Of a DNA stretch of 64,000 nucleotides, positions 13,908-27,196 are shown piece by piece. Under the pieces are notes generated by a model. That model was given only the letters and a program-made list of their open reading frames with translations, was not told the origin of the DNA and did not search any database. The DNA comes from Leucoraja erinacea. Taxonomy: Eukaryota. The translations under genes were made by a program, and so were the position numbers. Position 1 is the first letter of the stretch; every line of letters begins with the position of its first letter. The stretch is taken from contig NC_073407.1 of assembly GCF_028641065.1 (NCBI RefSeq), forward strand, positions 19,034,001 to 19,098,000. Reading direction: 5' to 3'.

Positions 13908-16900
13908 GAAGCTTGAGAGTCATTCTGAATCTACTAACCACTTTCCATTCAAGCTCCTTGTCTACTGCACATATAATCTTCTCACCAGATCATGCCGCCC
14001 ACCTACACAGCTGGACTGGAGGAAGAGGGTGGCTGTTTCCATCCAATAGCCCCAAGTTTTGGCAGATGTTGATTCTCACTGCATTGGAGTGATAGGCAAT
14101 TGGTTTTATGTTGCAAAATTTACTGAACCAATGCTGGGATTGAATTTTAGGTAAAACACACTTTTGACTTTGAAAATTTATTTCAGAAATCCTTTTAAAC
14201 ACAATATTTAGATATCAATGCCATCTGGTTGTGATCAGTTGAAAAGGGGACAGATTTTTTATGAGATGCTGTGGCATTATTTCATGTCAGACCAGAGCGT
14301 GTATAAAAGATCTCTCTCCTGCAAAAATCTGCAGACCAAGGTTGTGAATTAAGCATGTTAGCCCATGAAACATTCTGTGATATTAAGAAAAAAAATGCTC
14401 TTAAATGTCTTTAAAGATCTTAATTGTGTTTACCGCAAACTTCAGTGCGTGGCAGGACTGCTAGTGAACAAACTAGATTGTGATTTTGATCACAAGAAAA
14501 GCACACAAGTTTTCCTATAATTTTAAGAATTCCAATACCATCATTTTTCATATCAGAACCAGGCATCTGGGAAAAATTGAGCTATGTTTCATGATAAGCA
14601 TAGCAATCCAATCCCAAATAAAACTCTGATCATTCCAATTCCAAATCAATGAGTCAACCATGACGCCATTAAGGCATGCTTACAATACTGTGAAGTCTTT
14701 GCACTGAGTATTTGAGTACCCTTTGGGTGTTGGATTTCTCCTGAAATCAAGTTATAGGATGTTACTTTGTTTTGTTCAGTCAAGATTTTATTCACGTCTC
14801 CTGATGCTTTTTATGCTCGGCAGCGACTCAGCAACTTTGTGCAGCTAATATTTCTTTTAATAATGTATGTTAAAGGAGTACATTTCTTTTTAGACAGGGA
14901 GCAAGTTCATTTATCTTAATTTTTATTTTAAATCTATGGTGCAGGGGAATAAACATGAATCGTGTGTTTTAGCCTGTACATAATGAACACTTGAAGGACA
15001 ATAGCTGGTTTGAAATGTTCAAGGAAAAAAATTACACGTAAGTGGCATCTAGTGTAATTACAATAACTTTATCAGAAAGAGTTATGGATATATTCTGCAG
15101 AGATGAGAAGTGGATCATTGAACTAGGCACCTATCCCTGATATTGGCTTTGAATTACACCCACTGTCCATAAAACTACAGGCGATCCTTGCTTTGCAGAT
15201 GTTTTCTAAAACCACATTATATTTTGAGCACAAGCTGCTGTTTTAAAATGGAGATTGTCCTCAGCCCTTTGGTAAGTGTCCTTTATTACAGGCTTTTGCT
15301 TGCTTAAAGCAAAGGTTTCTTTCCAAATGAAAATTTATTTTCCAGAATCGATTCTGGGCCTGTCAAATGAAATAAACAACCCTTTGACCCCAAGAGTTTA
15401 ACCCCAAGTTTAAGTTAGATATCTGCTGCACAGCATTAATAACTGTTTTCCTTACAACATTGCTACTGGAACACTCCATTCTTGCCAGTGCCAAGATCTA
15501 GTGATGAATATTACATGTTCCAGTTCTACTGTACATTACCCATTATCTATTGCTCATCTCTGGCTAACTGTGAGTTAAGTATTCAAATTGTCCAGAACTT
15601 GGACTTTGCAGTTCTGAGCCAGTTTGCTGCCATCAGCGTTGTTGCCTCTGATGGAACAAATTACTCCAATCATTTATGCCTAGAAGCTTTTGCTCTTTTG
15701 TGATGTCATTTTCTGCTTCTAAATATCTTGGCATTGGTTAGCTATGCACTTTGAGGATTTTAACATTTTCTGCACCATCCACGTCGTCTTGCTATTGCAT
15801 GTCACCTTTGAATATTGTGGCTTGATTGACGTACTGTGAATGGTTAACTTGTACACGATCTGTATCTGTGGTATATTGAGGCCTAGAACACAAAGCTGCA
15901 ATGAATAATGTCCTGATTTTTGTACTGTTTTAATAACTGTTCTGTAACAACTAGTATAAACAAAAACTTTAGCTTGTTATCTATGAATGCATAGTAAAAA
16001 ATAACAATTTTTACCTGCTGGGGCATATTTAGGTAACATAGGCAGCAGGTTCACAGTTGATTAAATGTACTTTCTAAGTCAGCATATTTGTTTAAATAAT
16101 CTTTTTGGAACAATAGTTTAGCCACAGCAAAGGTTCTCATAGCCGTAAAATAATGCCTATTTGGCCAGCATGCGTATATAATTAAGGTTAAAAAAAAAAT
16201 ATGGTGTCATTTGAACATGGTGTTTCTGCTGGTTGTGATGAGGAAACACAGCCACCATTTCAAGTTCCACCCCAAAAAAATTGGCTTCTAGATTTTCACA
16301 TTCCAGGGTGAGGTTGAGCATGCTTACACAAAGAGTGAAGAGTAGTAGTCATTTATTTCCATCTTCCCACAAATCTGTTACTGCTGAGATTGAGAATTGC
16401 TGTCACATGAGAGCATGTTTGTACTGTGCACCTTTAAGCCAGGAATCTTTTGGTGATTAACCAAACTTGTTGATCACAACACACTTGAGCTAATGAGCTG
16501 AATTCAATTTTGAGGCACGAGTGAAAGAAGAATCAACCACCTAAAGCTTGTGGAATGGTTTTAGGAACCCCCTTTTACTAAACAAAATTATTAAAGAAAA
16601 TGTTCATCAGTGGTTACTGGTGCATTTTGTACATCCATTTCTGTAACTTCAGGCTTTAATTGCTTCATTTAGTTCAGGTTTGTGGTTTTTTTAACAGAGA
16701 AAAGGAACAAGTTTGGTATTAGTGCCAAGGCATGTTTAGAACCCCTGTTACTTGGATGATTAAAGTGCATACTCGCAGCTATTTACCTATTTTGTACTTT
16801 GGTACTATTTGTTCTTGAGCTGACCCCGATCTCCATTGCTCCTCCTCCCCTGGTCCAAGTCCTTCCCTCCAATCCATCCACCTTGCATTTTAACATTCTC

Positions 16901-17179
16901 AGTATGCATAATTCATGATTTTAGGCTAATTGCTGCAGCAGTGGTCTGTCTGAAACTCTTGAAGGGAGGTGTTTGTATTAATCCTCCTGTTTCAAAGTAA
17001 CAACGTTCTTCCATGCCACACACAATATAGAGCAATAACTGCCACAGATGTTTAATATTACCATAAAAGTGTGTTTTACAAGTACACTCCATACTAATTA
17101 TTTTTGTGTCAGTTTTCTTTTGGGATCTGGATGATGCAGGCAAGTCCAGTAATTATTTCCTTTTATAGCTCTTCAGAAG

Positions 17180-18400
17180 CTGTTGAAGGGCAGCTGTCCT
17201 GAACAAACAATGCATCTTAGTGAAGCTATTCCCACACCGCTGTTAGTGAAGGAATCTCGGGAATTAGACCCCTCAATGATAGAACAATGACGTTTTCCCC
17301 AATCAAGAAGGTGTGTAACTTGAAGGGGAACATGCAAGTCATAGTATTGCCATGCACTTGCTGCCCTTATTCTTTTTGGTAGAGTTTGTAGATTTGGGAG
17401 ATGCAGTTGGAACAGCCAAGGCAAGTAATTGCATTGTATTTTGTAGATTGTTACACCATGCAGCCACTGTCTGCTGGTAGCAAAATAATATTAAGGATGG
17501 AGGATAGGTTATGAATCAATGGATGGTGTTGAACTTGCAAGTTGTTGGATCTGCCCTCCTGTAAAGGAGAGTATTCCATCTATGTGCCTTGTTGATGGTG
17601 GAAAGGCTTTGGATTATCAGAAAATGGATAATTTGCTGCAGAATATCCAGCATCTGACCAGCTCTTGTGGCCTCAGATTTTATGTTGCTGGGCCAGTTGC
17701 TTTTCTGGTCATTGGTGATTTGGAAGATGTTGGCGGTAGAGGACTCAGTGAATATAATGCCCATGAATGTTAAGGAGAAATGGTTAGACTCCCTTGTCGT
17801 AGGTCACTGCAATGTGAAACATGAATGTTACTCGCCACTTATCAGTCCATGTCTGAATGTTATCTAGGTCTTAACTGTGTGTGTGTTTAATTTGCTGGTC
17901 ATGAATGAAAAGGGACATTTTGCAGTCATCAGCAAACATCGCCGCTTCCTTCTTTATAATGGAAAGAAGGCCATTGATAAAACAGCTAAAAATTTGCGGG
18001 CCTAGAACATGGCTCTATGGAGTGTAGCGATGCCCTGAACTTCACCAACCACAACCATCTTCCTTGATGCAGGGTATCACTCCATCCATTGGAGTTCTTT
18101 TTCTTCCTTGGCGTCATGCACTTCAGTTATACTAGGTTCCCTTGATGTTACATTTGGTAACATGTAACAATGTTAGGGCAGTTGCTCTCACTTATGGAAT
18201 TCAACTGTGGTGGCCATGCTACAATTTAATAGCCAAGTAGTCCTGGTGAAATGCAACCTGGCCATTGGTGTGCATATTATTGGTAAGTGAATACCTCTTG
18301 ATAGCATCATCGTCAACATCTTCCATCACTGTGTTGTTGATTAAGAGTAGACAGATTGTGTGATAAATTGCCAGATTGGAATTCTCCATATGTTGTCAAC
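17180..18400 (-). mobile_element. Highly degenerate antisense LINE (CR1/L2 group) remnant
   Basis: RT-like remnants on the minus strand (e.g. tcagcaaacat, FAD-like). Boundaries are approximate. Confidence 0.45.
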
Positions 18401-21400
18401 AGGATCTGGGAAATGTTACCAGATAAATGCCTGTGTCGTGACAGTTCTGATGGGCGTGAAGTGCAGCCAGCTTATAAATGTATGTTCAATAAAAGCTCTA
18501 GATTTGATACCCAATATTTTCTTCTGACAAAATTATAGTGAAAAAAATTTAATTGTGCATCAAATAAAAAATAGTTAAATACTTTTAAATAGTTAACTAC
18601 TGGTAGTTATTTGTTTTCTTTAAGTTTTACTTGTTCAAGGTGGTCACCAGCATCAACATTTGTTCTATTTTACAATGCTTGTCCACAAAATGGCCAGCAA
18701 TTTCAAACCGATTATTTCAGGATTTGATCTCTCTACCATTGAAGTTATTGCATTGTGACACATGTCTAGATATAAATGTTAAACTAAGTTCTAAGTTTTT
18801 AAAATACCTTTTGAATGTTGGATCAGGATCCTACAGTACACATTGGACAGGCAAACTGTTATTATACCTTATAAAATAGAAAATCTTTTGTGTAACTCCT
18901 TATGCACCAAAGTAATCACTTGAGTAAGTATGTGTGTTTACCTAATATACAACCCTTTCCCAGTGGATTATTTTATTAAGACTTAATCAGTTAATTAACT
19001 TAATAAACTTTTTGGGTGATATTGAAATCCAAATATTTTCCGCATTAAAAACACCCACAAATCAAAGTTTCAAATTAGCAAACTTATATTGTGTTTCAAT
19101 CACACGGAATATTGGAGATTAAGGTGTTCTGTTAATCAAAGTTTAAAGTAAATTATTTTCAAATGAAACATTTTTTTTCAAGCACTTTTTCTTGTTCTAC
19201 TTCCTGTTTTCGGAGGTAGGATCACAAATTAATGTAGGGCTCGCTGAATGAGGTAACTTTAATTTGTACAGTTTGAATGCATAAATTCCAAACTACATTG
19301 TCACTCACTTTACACAACAAAGTGCTGAAGGAACTCAGCAGGTCAGGCAGCATCTGAAGAGGGAATGGACAGACAATGTTTCAAGTCGGTTCTCTGCTTC
19401 AGACCCGAACTGATATGTCATCTGTCTGCTCCCTGGCCCACTGAGTTCCTCCAACATTTTGTGTTTTACTCAAGATTCCAGCATCTGCAGTTCCTCGTGT
19501 CTCCTTGTCACTGACTGAGCTCTGCTTATTCTGTGGCTTGACATTGCTTATAAAATACCCAATTATATTCAACCAAAGCAAACTATGGATAGCTGATGTG
19601 ATCAAACAACATTGTTTCATCAAATGTAGTTTTGAGTCTTTTGAATATATATCTTTGAACCCTCCTAGCCTTTTCATTCCTTTTTTTTCCTGGTTTGGTT
19701 TTGTTTCTTGATTGAGGAGCTGGTGGATGAGGTTTTTCCCTTCCTTCATCTTCCTCTATGCCATAGTATCATTGAAGTATTAAGCCACCTCCAAGATCAT
19801 TTTGTAAGTGATCACGTAAACTAGGGATTAAGAAGGGCAGATCTAAAATGCAGTCGCCACAATGGAAATTGCATTTACTTACAATACTACATAATAACCA
19901 TAACTTTAAAGGGAAGGCAGGACATTTTGATTAGAATAATGCAAGGCATCGGGTTTCTTGTTAATGAAGGGACTGTAATGCACCAACAAATGTGAGTTCC
20001 AAAAGACCACTATTGACTTGAAGAAACTTTGCTTTTGTAGGGTATGGCCTGAGTTTGCTTTATTCAGTCCATGATTAAGATACTGTATTAGCTATTCATC
20101 CATTTTAGAGCTCAGGTATACTACTTTACCAACTTATTTTTGCCAATCAACGTTGATGACTTTTTTCTTAATTAACTGTTAAGTGATTGCTTTTGTTTGT
20201 GAAACTGTCCAATTTTGACCACTGTTGTAGGAACTCTTTTTTTAAAAAAAGATGTTTCTGAGAAGTGTTTTTGCCATGTATCGCAGTACTTGCAACTAGC
20301 AGGCTAGTTGTGTTGTTTTCTTTTGCCATGATGAGTGGATTGCCCAAAATCACGGCACCACCCATCTATGTGTATGAAATTTAAAAAATGTTTAAACATT
20401 GCATTTAAGTGTTGATTATGTTTCTAATTTTCTTTTATAAAAAGTCAGCTTTTTGTTAGTATTACAGTGAATTGAGAACTGTTGTGACTTCCTCTGATTA
20501 AAAGATTTGGATAGTGGAGTGCCATCTAGCCACACTGATGAAGCCTGTCTCTGGCTAGACAGGATATTGATGAATTGTTCAGAAGCTGTTCTGGCCTATA
20601 TTAATTACCTTGGTATATTCCCAGCAGTCAGCAAAATATAAAAAAAATATTTCAAAGGTTTTATAGACCACCTTAAGATATTGCAGCAACATTTGACACA
20701 ATTGATTAAAGTCAGTGTTGGTTGCAGTTAATTGCACTAGTTGTACAACGCCTTCCATGGTTGGTTTGATGATGAATCAATCGAAGCTATTGTGCACTGT
20801 CCAGTCTTAAATCATTTGTTGTATATTCTAATGTGGATTGAGACGGGATGGGTAGTTGAAAAGAATGAGATTTAAATAATAAATCCAAATCTAACTTAAA
20901 GCCATAACCCCTTTTGATTCTGAAATGTTCCCATACCTCCACTTGTTCTTTCCCTCTTTGAAGATGGGCTGCAATGATGAATGGATAGCAAGGTTATGAT
21001 GTTTCATGTCACATAATAAATAGTTGTCTATCTATAATGCATCCCAGTATTTTCTACTTGAATCTTTTCCAAATGATTAAAAGCTAAGAACAAGAAGTGA
21101 CCATACTTCATACTAAACGCAGAACACAAAATACTGGAGTAACTCAACAGGTCAGGCAGCAACTCTGGAGGACATGGATAAGTGAAGTTTTGGGTCAGGA
21201 CCATATTTCAGTTTGGGACCCTTCTTCAGTTAGCTAAACGTTGACTATCCATGACCTCCAGAGATGCTGCCTGACCCACTGAGTTACTTTAGTACTGTCT
21301 TCTGCACAAGATTCCAGCATCTGCAGTATATTGTGCTTCATAATAAAGATTTATTTTAATTGCAATTTGTTTCAAACTAATTTATGCAACTCGTGTTGCT

Positions 21401-23741
21401 AATTGTGTGCTGGTGGGAGGGAGATGTTTTGAACTGAGATTCTACGTTTCTTTAGCAAATAAACAATTAAAGTAATTGGAAGTAGAGGAAAGAATATTTA
21501 ATTGTTAAGGGACTTGAGTTAAATTTCCTGTGCATTTTTTTGTAAATCAAATGCAGCTAAATCCATTCAAGCTTCAGAGTTAACTGAGAACTCACCAGCT
21601 AATAGCTGTAAAATGGCTTGGTTCACATGCGTTCCACTTTCAGAATGAGAAGGAAGTAAAGGAAGAATTGAAATCTACTGTGCGCTTCATGAATCATTGC
21701 TATCTGTTTTCTGGAGGCTTCATAGTTCTTTAAAGGCGTAGAATAAGTTTACTGATTACTTCACAAATTGTGCTGTGACTGTTTTGTTTCCAAAGCTGGT
21801 TATGCAGTGTACTGCTTTATATTGATCATCTAAACATTATTAGTTACTTCCCCGGTAAATTTAACTTGTTCCTGAATTTTCTCAAGGTTTGTTTGTGGCA
21901 TTTCTATACTACATGGAAAAGGGGTGGGGTCGTTTGCTAATTCTAAAAGTAATTACTAGCAATCGATCTTAAAATTTGCCTGCTTTCAAATGTCATGTAT
22001 GTTTTTAACTCTTTTTATTCATTAAATGCCAACCCTAAATGGACAGCTGAATGTGACCTTTAACTGGATAGCACGTTAAATAGACTGAAATAAATTACTT
22101 TTATCAACCTCTTTTAATCAGCTCTTTGTTGAGGCCAAATAATGTGTGGCTAACTGGCACTCCACTTGTCGTAAGCAATTTTGTATGTTTCTGAAGGGGA
22201 TTTGAAGCTATGCATTGGGAGTCCAGGCTCTTCAATAGATGGATTTAACATTTTCTGAAATGACCTAACTGTCAACTAAAGTTGAATAATGACAAAATAT
22301 TTTTATGATTTTGTTAATAAAAAGTGGAATAGAATGTATTCAAAATGATATACAGTATTTAGACACTTATTTTTGTGATTCAATGGAGGTTGGTGTACAG
22401 GTTTCTTAAGTGCCCAGAGGATGTGGAATTTATAGAAATGTTTATCAGCTGAAATATTGTATAACATTTAAATATGTTTAGAATGCACAATGGTTAAAGA
22501 AAATTGTATTAAGGTTATTTGTTTCATATTTTAAAATGTAACTATAGGACAGTATCATGTAATACTGTGTTTTCTGGGAAATGATATTGGGTACCTGTAT
22601 TAACAATAAAAGCTGTTATTTTGTGTTTAGCATAAAGAGTTTTTATTTTATGAACAATGTAAAATATGGGTTTTCATTGCACTCTACCCAATTTGAGTGA
22701 TGTGCAAAGTGGGTATATTAAGGAATAATTATTGTTTCACTACTTCCTTGGCTCCTGTTATGGTTCTGCAGACCTATTCACTTGCCTAAATGGTCAACTC
22801 TCACGCAAGACAACATGGTCTGAATTGGCAGTATGCTCATCTGCTGGATGGCATCACAGGTCACTTGTTACCATCGTAACAACAGAGGACCTTGGAGAGG
22901 TTCCTACACTAACTCCAACTATTTCCGTATTTTTGAAACTTAATGACAGTTGTTAGCTCATAACATTGTCTGCAAATGGCAAATTCAGCATACATGAGGG
23001 AGTTGATTCCTTAAAGTATAGCTTTGAACATATCAGGTTATACATTCAACCCTTTGAGGCACTGATAGTGTTCAACAAATAACTAGACAGTGAATACTTT
23101 CAAAAGTTTTTAAGAAGCTCCAAACATATCATAGAATATTACAGCTTTAGAGCACATTCAGTGTGCCATGACCACACTATAAAGCTACAGTAAAGCTAGC
23201 CAATTTGTAATCCTTCAAAGATCTTGCCCATCCAGTAACATTTCAAAGGATTGTAGAAATAATATGAATTTGAAAATAAAAATTCCTGAACAGCCATTTT
23301 TTGAATGTATTCACTGGGTCATTCATTCAGGGTTCTGGATCATCAATTGATTAAAATAGTAATTGTACTCTCAAATTCTTACAACACATTGGATGAATTT
23401 CTATCATTGATTTGTGAATTCATAAGCAATAAATATTCTACTCCCAACCTCGTGTTAAAATGTTTAACTCCCAAAGTGTTGGTTTTAACAAGAAGTCCCC
23501 GGAAACCATTTGCCAGAACCTCAGCACAAAGATTTTGGAAATAATTGATGCACCATCATGAGTTATTTTGCTTTAAATCTATGGGGAAATATGCTTTAGT
23601 TTGCCTTTCAAAGCTGTTGAGCTAATTTCTATAAAATAACACCACATTTTAAATACATTCGATCTGAATAAGGAAGGAAAAATGAAATCTGAATGTTTTG
23701 CAGCAAATACTGTGTGTGTGTGTATTGCAGATCAAAAGAAG

Positions 23742-23890
23742 CTAATCTGGTATATTGCTTAATCGGTTATGTCTCTGTCTTGTGCTCTTTCTTCTTTTCA
23801 CACACGCAAAGCACAAGCTTAACCAGATGTTTTCCTTGGGAATAATTTCGATGCCATTCGGAGTTCTGACTGGATCGAATGCACACAAGC
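23742..23890 (-). CDS. CD-M6PR/ATG27-like protein, terminal coding exon (GLCAFDPVRTPNGIEIIPKENIWLSLCFACVKRRK...NIPD-stop)
   Basis: ttttctcag acceptor, in frame with exon 2. Carries the G-x-E-x-x-P-x4-W tail motif as in CD-MPR (GMEQFPHLAFW). The spliced CDS is 795 nt, or 264 aa. Confidence 0.82.
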
Positions 23891-24589
23891 CTGAGAAAAT
23901 AACCAGAGAGACTTCAGATTCCTCACTTCCATGTTGCCATAAACAAATAGTTATTTGATGGTTCAAGGGATTTAGCAGCTTAAGGGATCATGTGCACCAA
24001 AAAAACTATATTGTTTGTAGTATCTTGTTAGCAACAAGGTCCAACAGCATTTAAAATGAATCAGAATGGCTTAAGGTATGTTATGTTCCTTAAGCCAAAA
24101 TAGAGATAACTTAATTGGTTTGAAACATGATAAATTGCCAAATTATCTGTTTTAGTGGAGGGATAAATATCAGTCTGGACAACAAACATGTTCCTGCACT
24201 TATTTGAATTGGTTAAACGGCTCGGACCATTCAACACTATTTCAGTACACTGAGCTGTCACCCACCCCACTCCCCACCGCCGAATGAGTCTTCACTTTAC
24301 CAAGGCAGTATATTAATTGATAATTGTAATCATGCTTCATCTTATGCTTATTGATCTATAATGTTTTGTGGTACCAAAATACCTTACTTTAAGTTCTTGG
24401 GTTTAAATCATTTGCCGATCTTCCCCTTCCACCGCATATCTCTCTCAACACGTGAAATTCCACTATAAAGTTATGTTTGGCTGCTTGTAAATTAACCCCG
24501 CCCCACCACTGTCCCATCCTTGACCCGCAACTGATGCTGTCCCTTCTATCGTCCACTGTTCCCTTTAATGTAAAGCAAGTTTACAGGGC

Positions 24590-24850
24590 TTGTAGAAATA
24601 AGCCCTTTGGCCCATTGAGTCCACGCTGACCATCAATCACCCATTCACACTAGTTCTATGTTATCCCACTTTCTCATCCACTCACTTCACACGGAGGGCA
24701 ATTTACAGAGGCCGATTAAACTACAGTTCAGCGTGTCTTTGGGAGGAAACCGGATCACCCAGAGGAAACAAGCTGTCACAGGAAGAATGTGCATACTCCA
24801 CACAGACTGCATCTGAGGTCAGGATCTAACCCAGGTCTCTAACCAGCTGT
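24590..24850 (-). mobile_element. HE1-type V-SINE (older copy) in the MRH-gene intron
   Basis: Similar to 45084-45380. Confidence 0.7.
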
Positions 24851-25088
24851 CAACATCTCAAATCGTATTAATAATCGAGATCCCATGCTTTGCAGTTCCT
24901 TTGTAACGTTTTTGCACCTCTACTCCTTTAGCCCTTCCTTGAACATCACTAAAAGTTTTGATTTAACTTTTGGTCACCCCCTCTGCTTTTCCTTAATTTT
25001 TCTCCTGTAGTTTTGATGATTTTTGTGAATCGCATTAGGACCTCTATGTTTAAAAATGCTGCTTGAATGAAAGCTACCATTAACCCAC

Positions 25089-25304
25089 CAAACAAGAAGT
25101 AGGCTGTAATAGTTATGCTGAACACCACTAAGATGATGGTTCCTGGACCCACATCGGTAGGCTTGCAGCTGTTGGGGCAGGCACAAGGGCTATCGATAGA
25201 AATCCATAACACATCGGGATTCTCTGGTTCTTGAGAGGGAGTCACTGAGCGACTGGAGCTGCAAATGTATCGAACCACTGTCTGCCGTGAACTGCTGGGT
25301 GATG
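25089..25304 (-). CDS. CD-M6PR/ATG27-like protein, coding exon 2 (ASPSSSRQTVVRYIC...IDSPCACPNSC...GTIILVVFSITITAYFLF; end of luminal domain plus TM helix)
   Basis: ccttacag acceptor and G|gtgggt donor; 216 nt, phase 1 to 1. The DSxxAC motif followed by a TM helix resembles CD-MPR/ATG27. Confidence 0.85.
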
Positions 25305-25370
25305 CTGTAAGGTATAAAGAGAATTAAAACTATGCACTGCAAGTAAGCAAAGCAACAAAAATAATTTACA

Positions 25371-25564
25371 AGGTACACAAAAATGCTGGAGAAACTCAGC
25401 GGGTGCAGCAGCATCTATGGAGCGAAGGAAATAGGTGATGTTTCGGGCCGAAACCCTTCTTCAGACCTATTTCCTTCGCTCCTTAGATGCTGCTGCACCC
25501 GCTGAGTTTCTCCAGCATTTTTGTGTACCTTCGATCTTCCAGCATCTGCAGTTCCTTGTTGAAC
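25371..25564. mobile_element. Palindromic Penelope-related short element with central hammerhead core
   Basis: 66-bp inverted arms 25371-25436 and 25465-25530 (1 mismatch) around the core 25437-25464. TSD aaaataatttaca at 25358-25370 and 25565-25577. Confidence 0.8.
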
Positions 25565-25630
25565 AAAATAATTTACAGTTGTTGGTACCTTTTGATCGGT
25601 GAAATAAGCCAAAACACTTCAAACATTAAA

Positions 25631-25930
25631 GCTCTCTTATACCTGCATTTAGGAGGCAATTAAACACACCTGAGCAATTACAAACGGCTGTGAAGCCATG
25701 TGTCCCAAACATTATGGTGCCCTGAAATGGGGGGGGGGGGGGGGGACTATGTATAAACACAGCTGTAATTTCTACATGGTGAAACCAAAATGTATAAAAA
25801 TATTAAAATCTGACAATGTACACTTCTACCACATGTGATTTTTTTTTTCTATTACAAATCTCAAATTGTGGTGTACAGAGGCAAATAAATAAATGATGGG
25901 TCTTTGTCCCAAACATTATGGAGGGCACTG
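25631..25930 (-). mobile_element. Solo terminal fragment (one TIR) of the same Tc1 family
   Basis: Closely matches 36724-37030. Confidence 0.9.
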
Positions 25931-26766
25931 TGTATTTAACAGGCAAAGGCACTTCACAGTAGAGTTATCAAACACAATTTGACAACAAGTTACACTAGAA
26001 ACAGTTTGTCGTAGCTTATTTGATGTGGTAGGTTTTAAACTCGAGAGTCAGAAATTTGAGGGAATTTTCTACTTGGGGGGGGGGGGAGTGTTAGCTTTGT
26101 GTTGTTGCTGATACAAGAGATGCTATAATCTTGGCATATTTCATTTAATTCCTCCCAGGCTGCACTTGCCCTCCTTTCATATTTCTTCAATGCATAATAA
26201 ATGTTTACACGAGCACAAATTCCCTTAAGTCTGAAGAAAGGTCCTGATCTGAGACATCACCCATCTATGTTCTGATGTTGCCTGGCCTGCTGAGTTACTC
26301 CAGCACTTTGTGACTTTTTTTTGTAAATCAGCATCTATATTTCCTTGTTTGTGCAAACCTCTTCAGTTTTTTATATGGTCTCTTAAACTTGACTAATACT
26401 TGACCCAAATACAAAGTGTTGTGGGAACTTGGTGGGTCAGGTAGCATCTGTGGAGGGAATGGCAGACAACGTTGCAGGTCCGGATGCCCCTTCAGATTGG
26501 TGAGGAGCCCTGACCTGAAATATCGCCTGTCCGTTCCCTCCACAGATGCTGCCCGACTGACTGAGATCCCCCATCACTTTGTGTTTCACTCACGATTCCA
26601 ACATTTGCAGTTCCTTGTGTCCCCATTTAACTAATACCTGTTGATGTTAGAACATTAGGAACAAGAACAGACCCACAAGCTCCATCCATCCAGCTTTACA
26701 AGTTTAGTTTTCAAAACTTATTCATGGATCCTTCACATAAAATGTTTAAAAATTGAGAAATCTTAC

Positions 26767-27196
26767 CTGAATAGGTGACAGTGAGAATTTTTGACTTGTT
26801 ATCATAATTGAACTCATTCAGCTTGTGCCTCCCATAGTTGTGAAAATTCACATTCTCTCTCCCTTGGGCTTGGTATCTGAAGATCAGGCAAACAGCCACA
26901 TCCGAACAGTCAGAAGCAAACATGAAAGGTTCACTAAATGGACGACAAGGGCTAAATGAGTAAAGAATATTAAGATCAGAATCCCCAGGCGAACTAGTTG
27001 TAAGAGATTTATCCCTTGCCAGAAATCCATTATCGTCACCCACTGCTGCTAGATTAATTACTCCTGATCCATCCTTCATTATGCATTTGCAGGAATTCAG
27101 CTTAATGCATTCTGATCTCTGGGAGAAAGAGGGAGAAGACTGTAATATCAGCAGCAAGTATAGCCAGCTGAAAGTCCCAACCCCTGTACTCTGCAT
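26767..27196 (-). CDS. Uncharacterised CD-M6PR/ATG27-like (MRH-domain) type I membrane protein, coding exon 1 (signal peptide plus N-terminal luminal domain)
   Basis: ATG at 27196 (the ORF track start at 27223 is a TTG). Hydrophobic signal peptide followed by Cys-rich CIKLNSCKC...YSFSPC...AVC. G|gtaaga donor at 26766, phase 1. Confidence 0.85.

Noticed and set aside
25728-25745. Long G or C homopolymers (also about 31923, 36823 and 51389)
   Set aside because: They sit inside repeats and their length is unreliable in assemblies, so no function can be argued.
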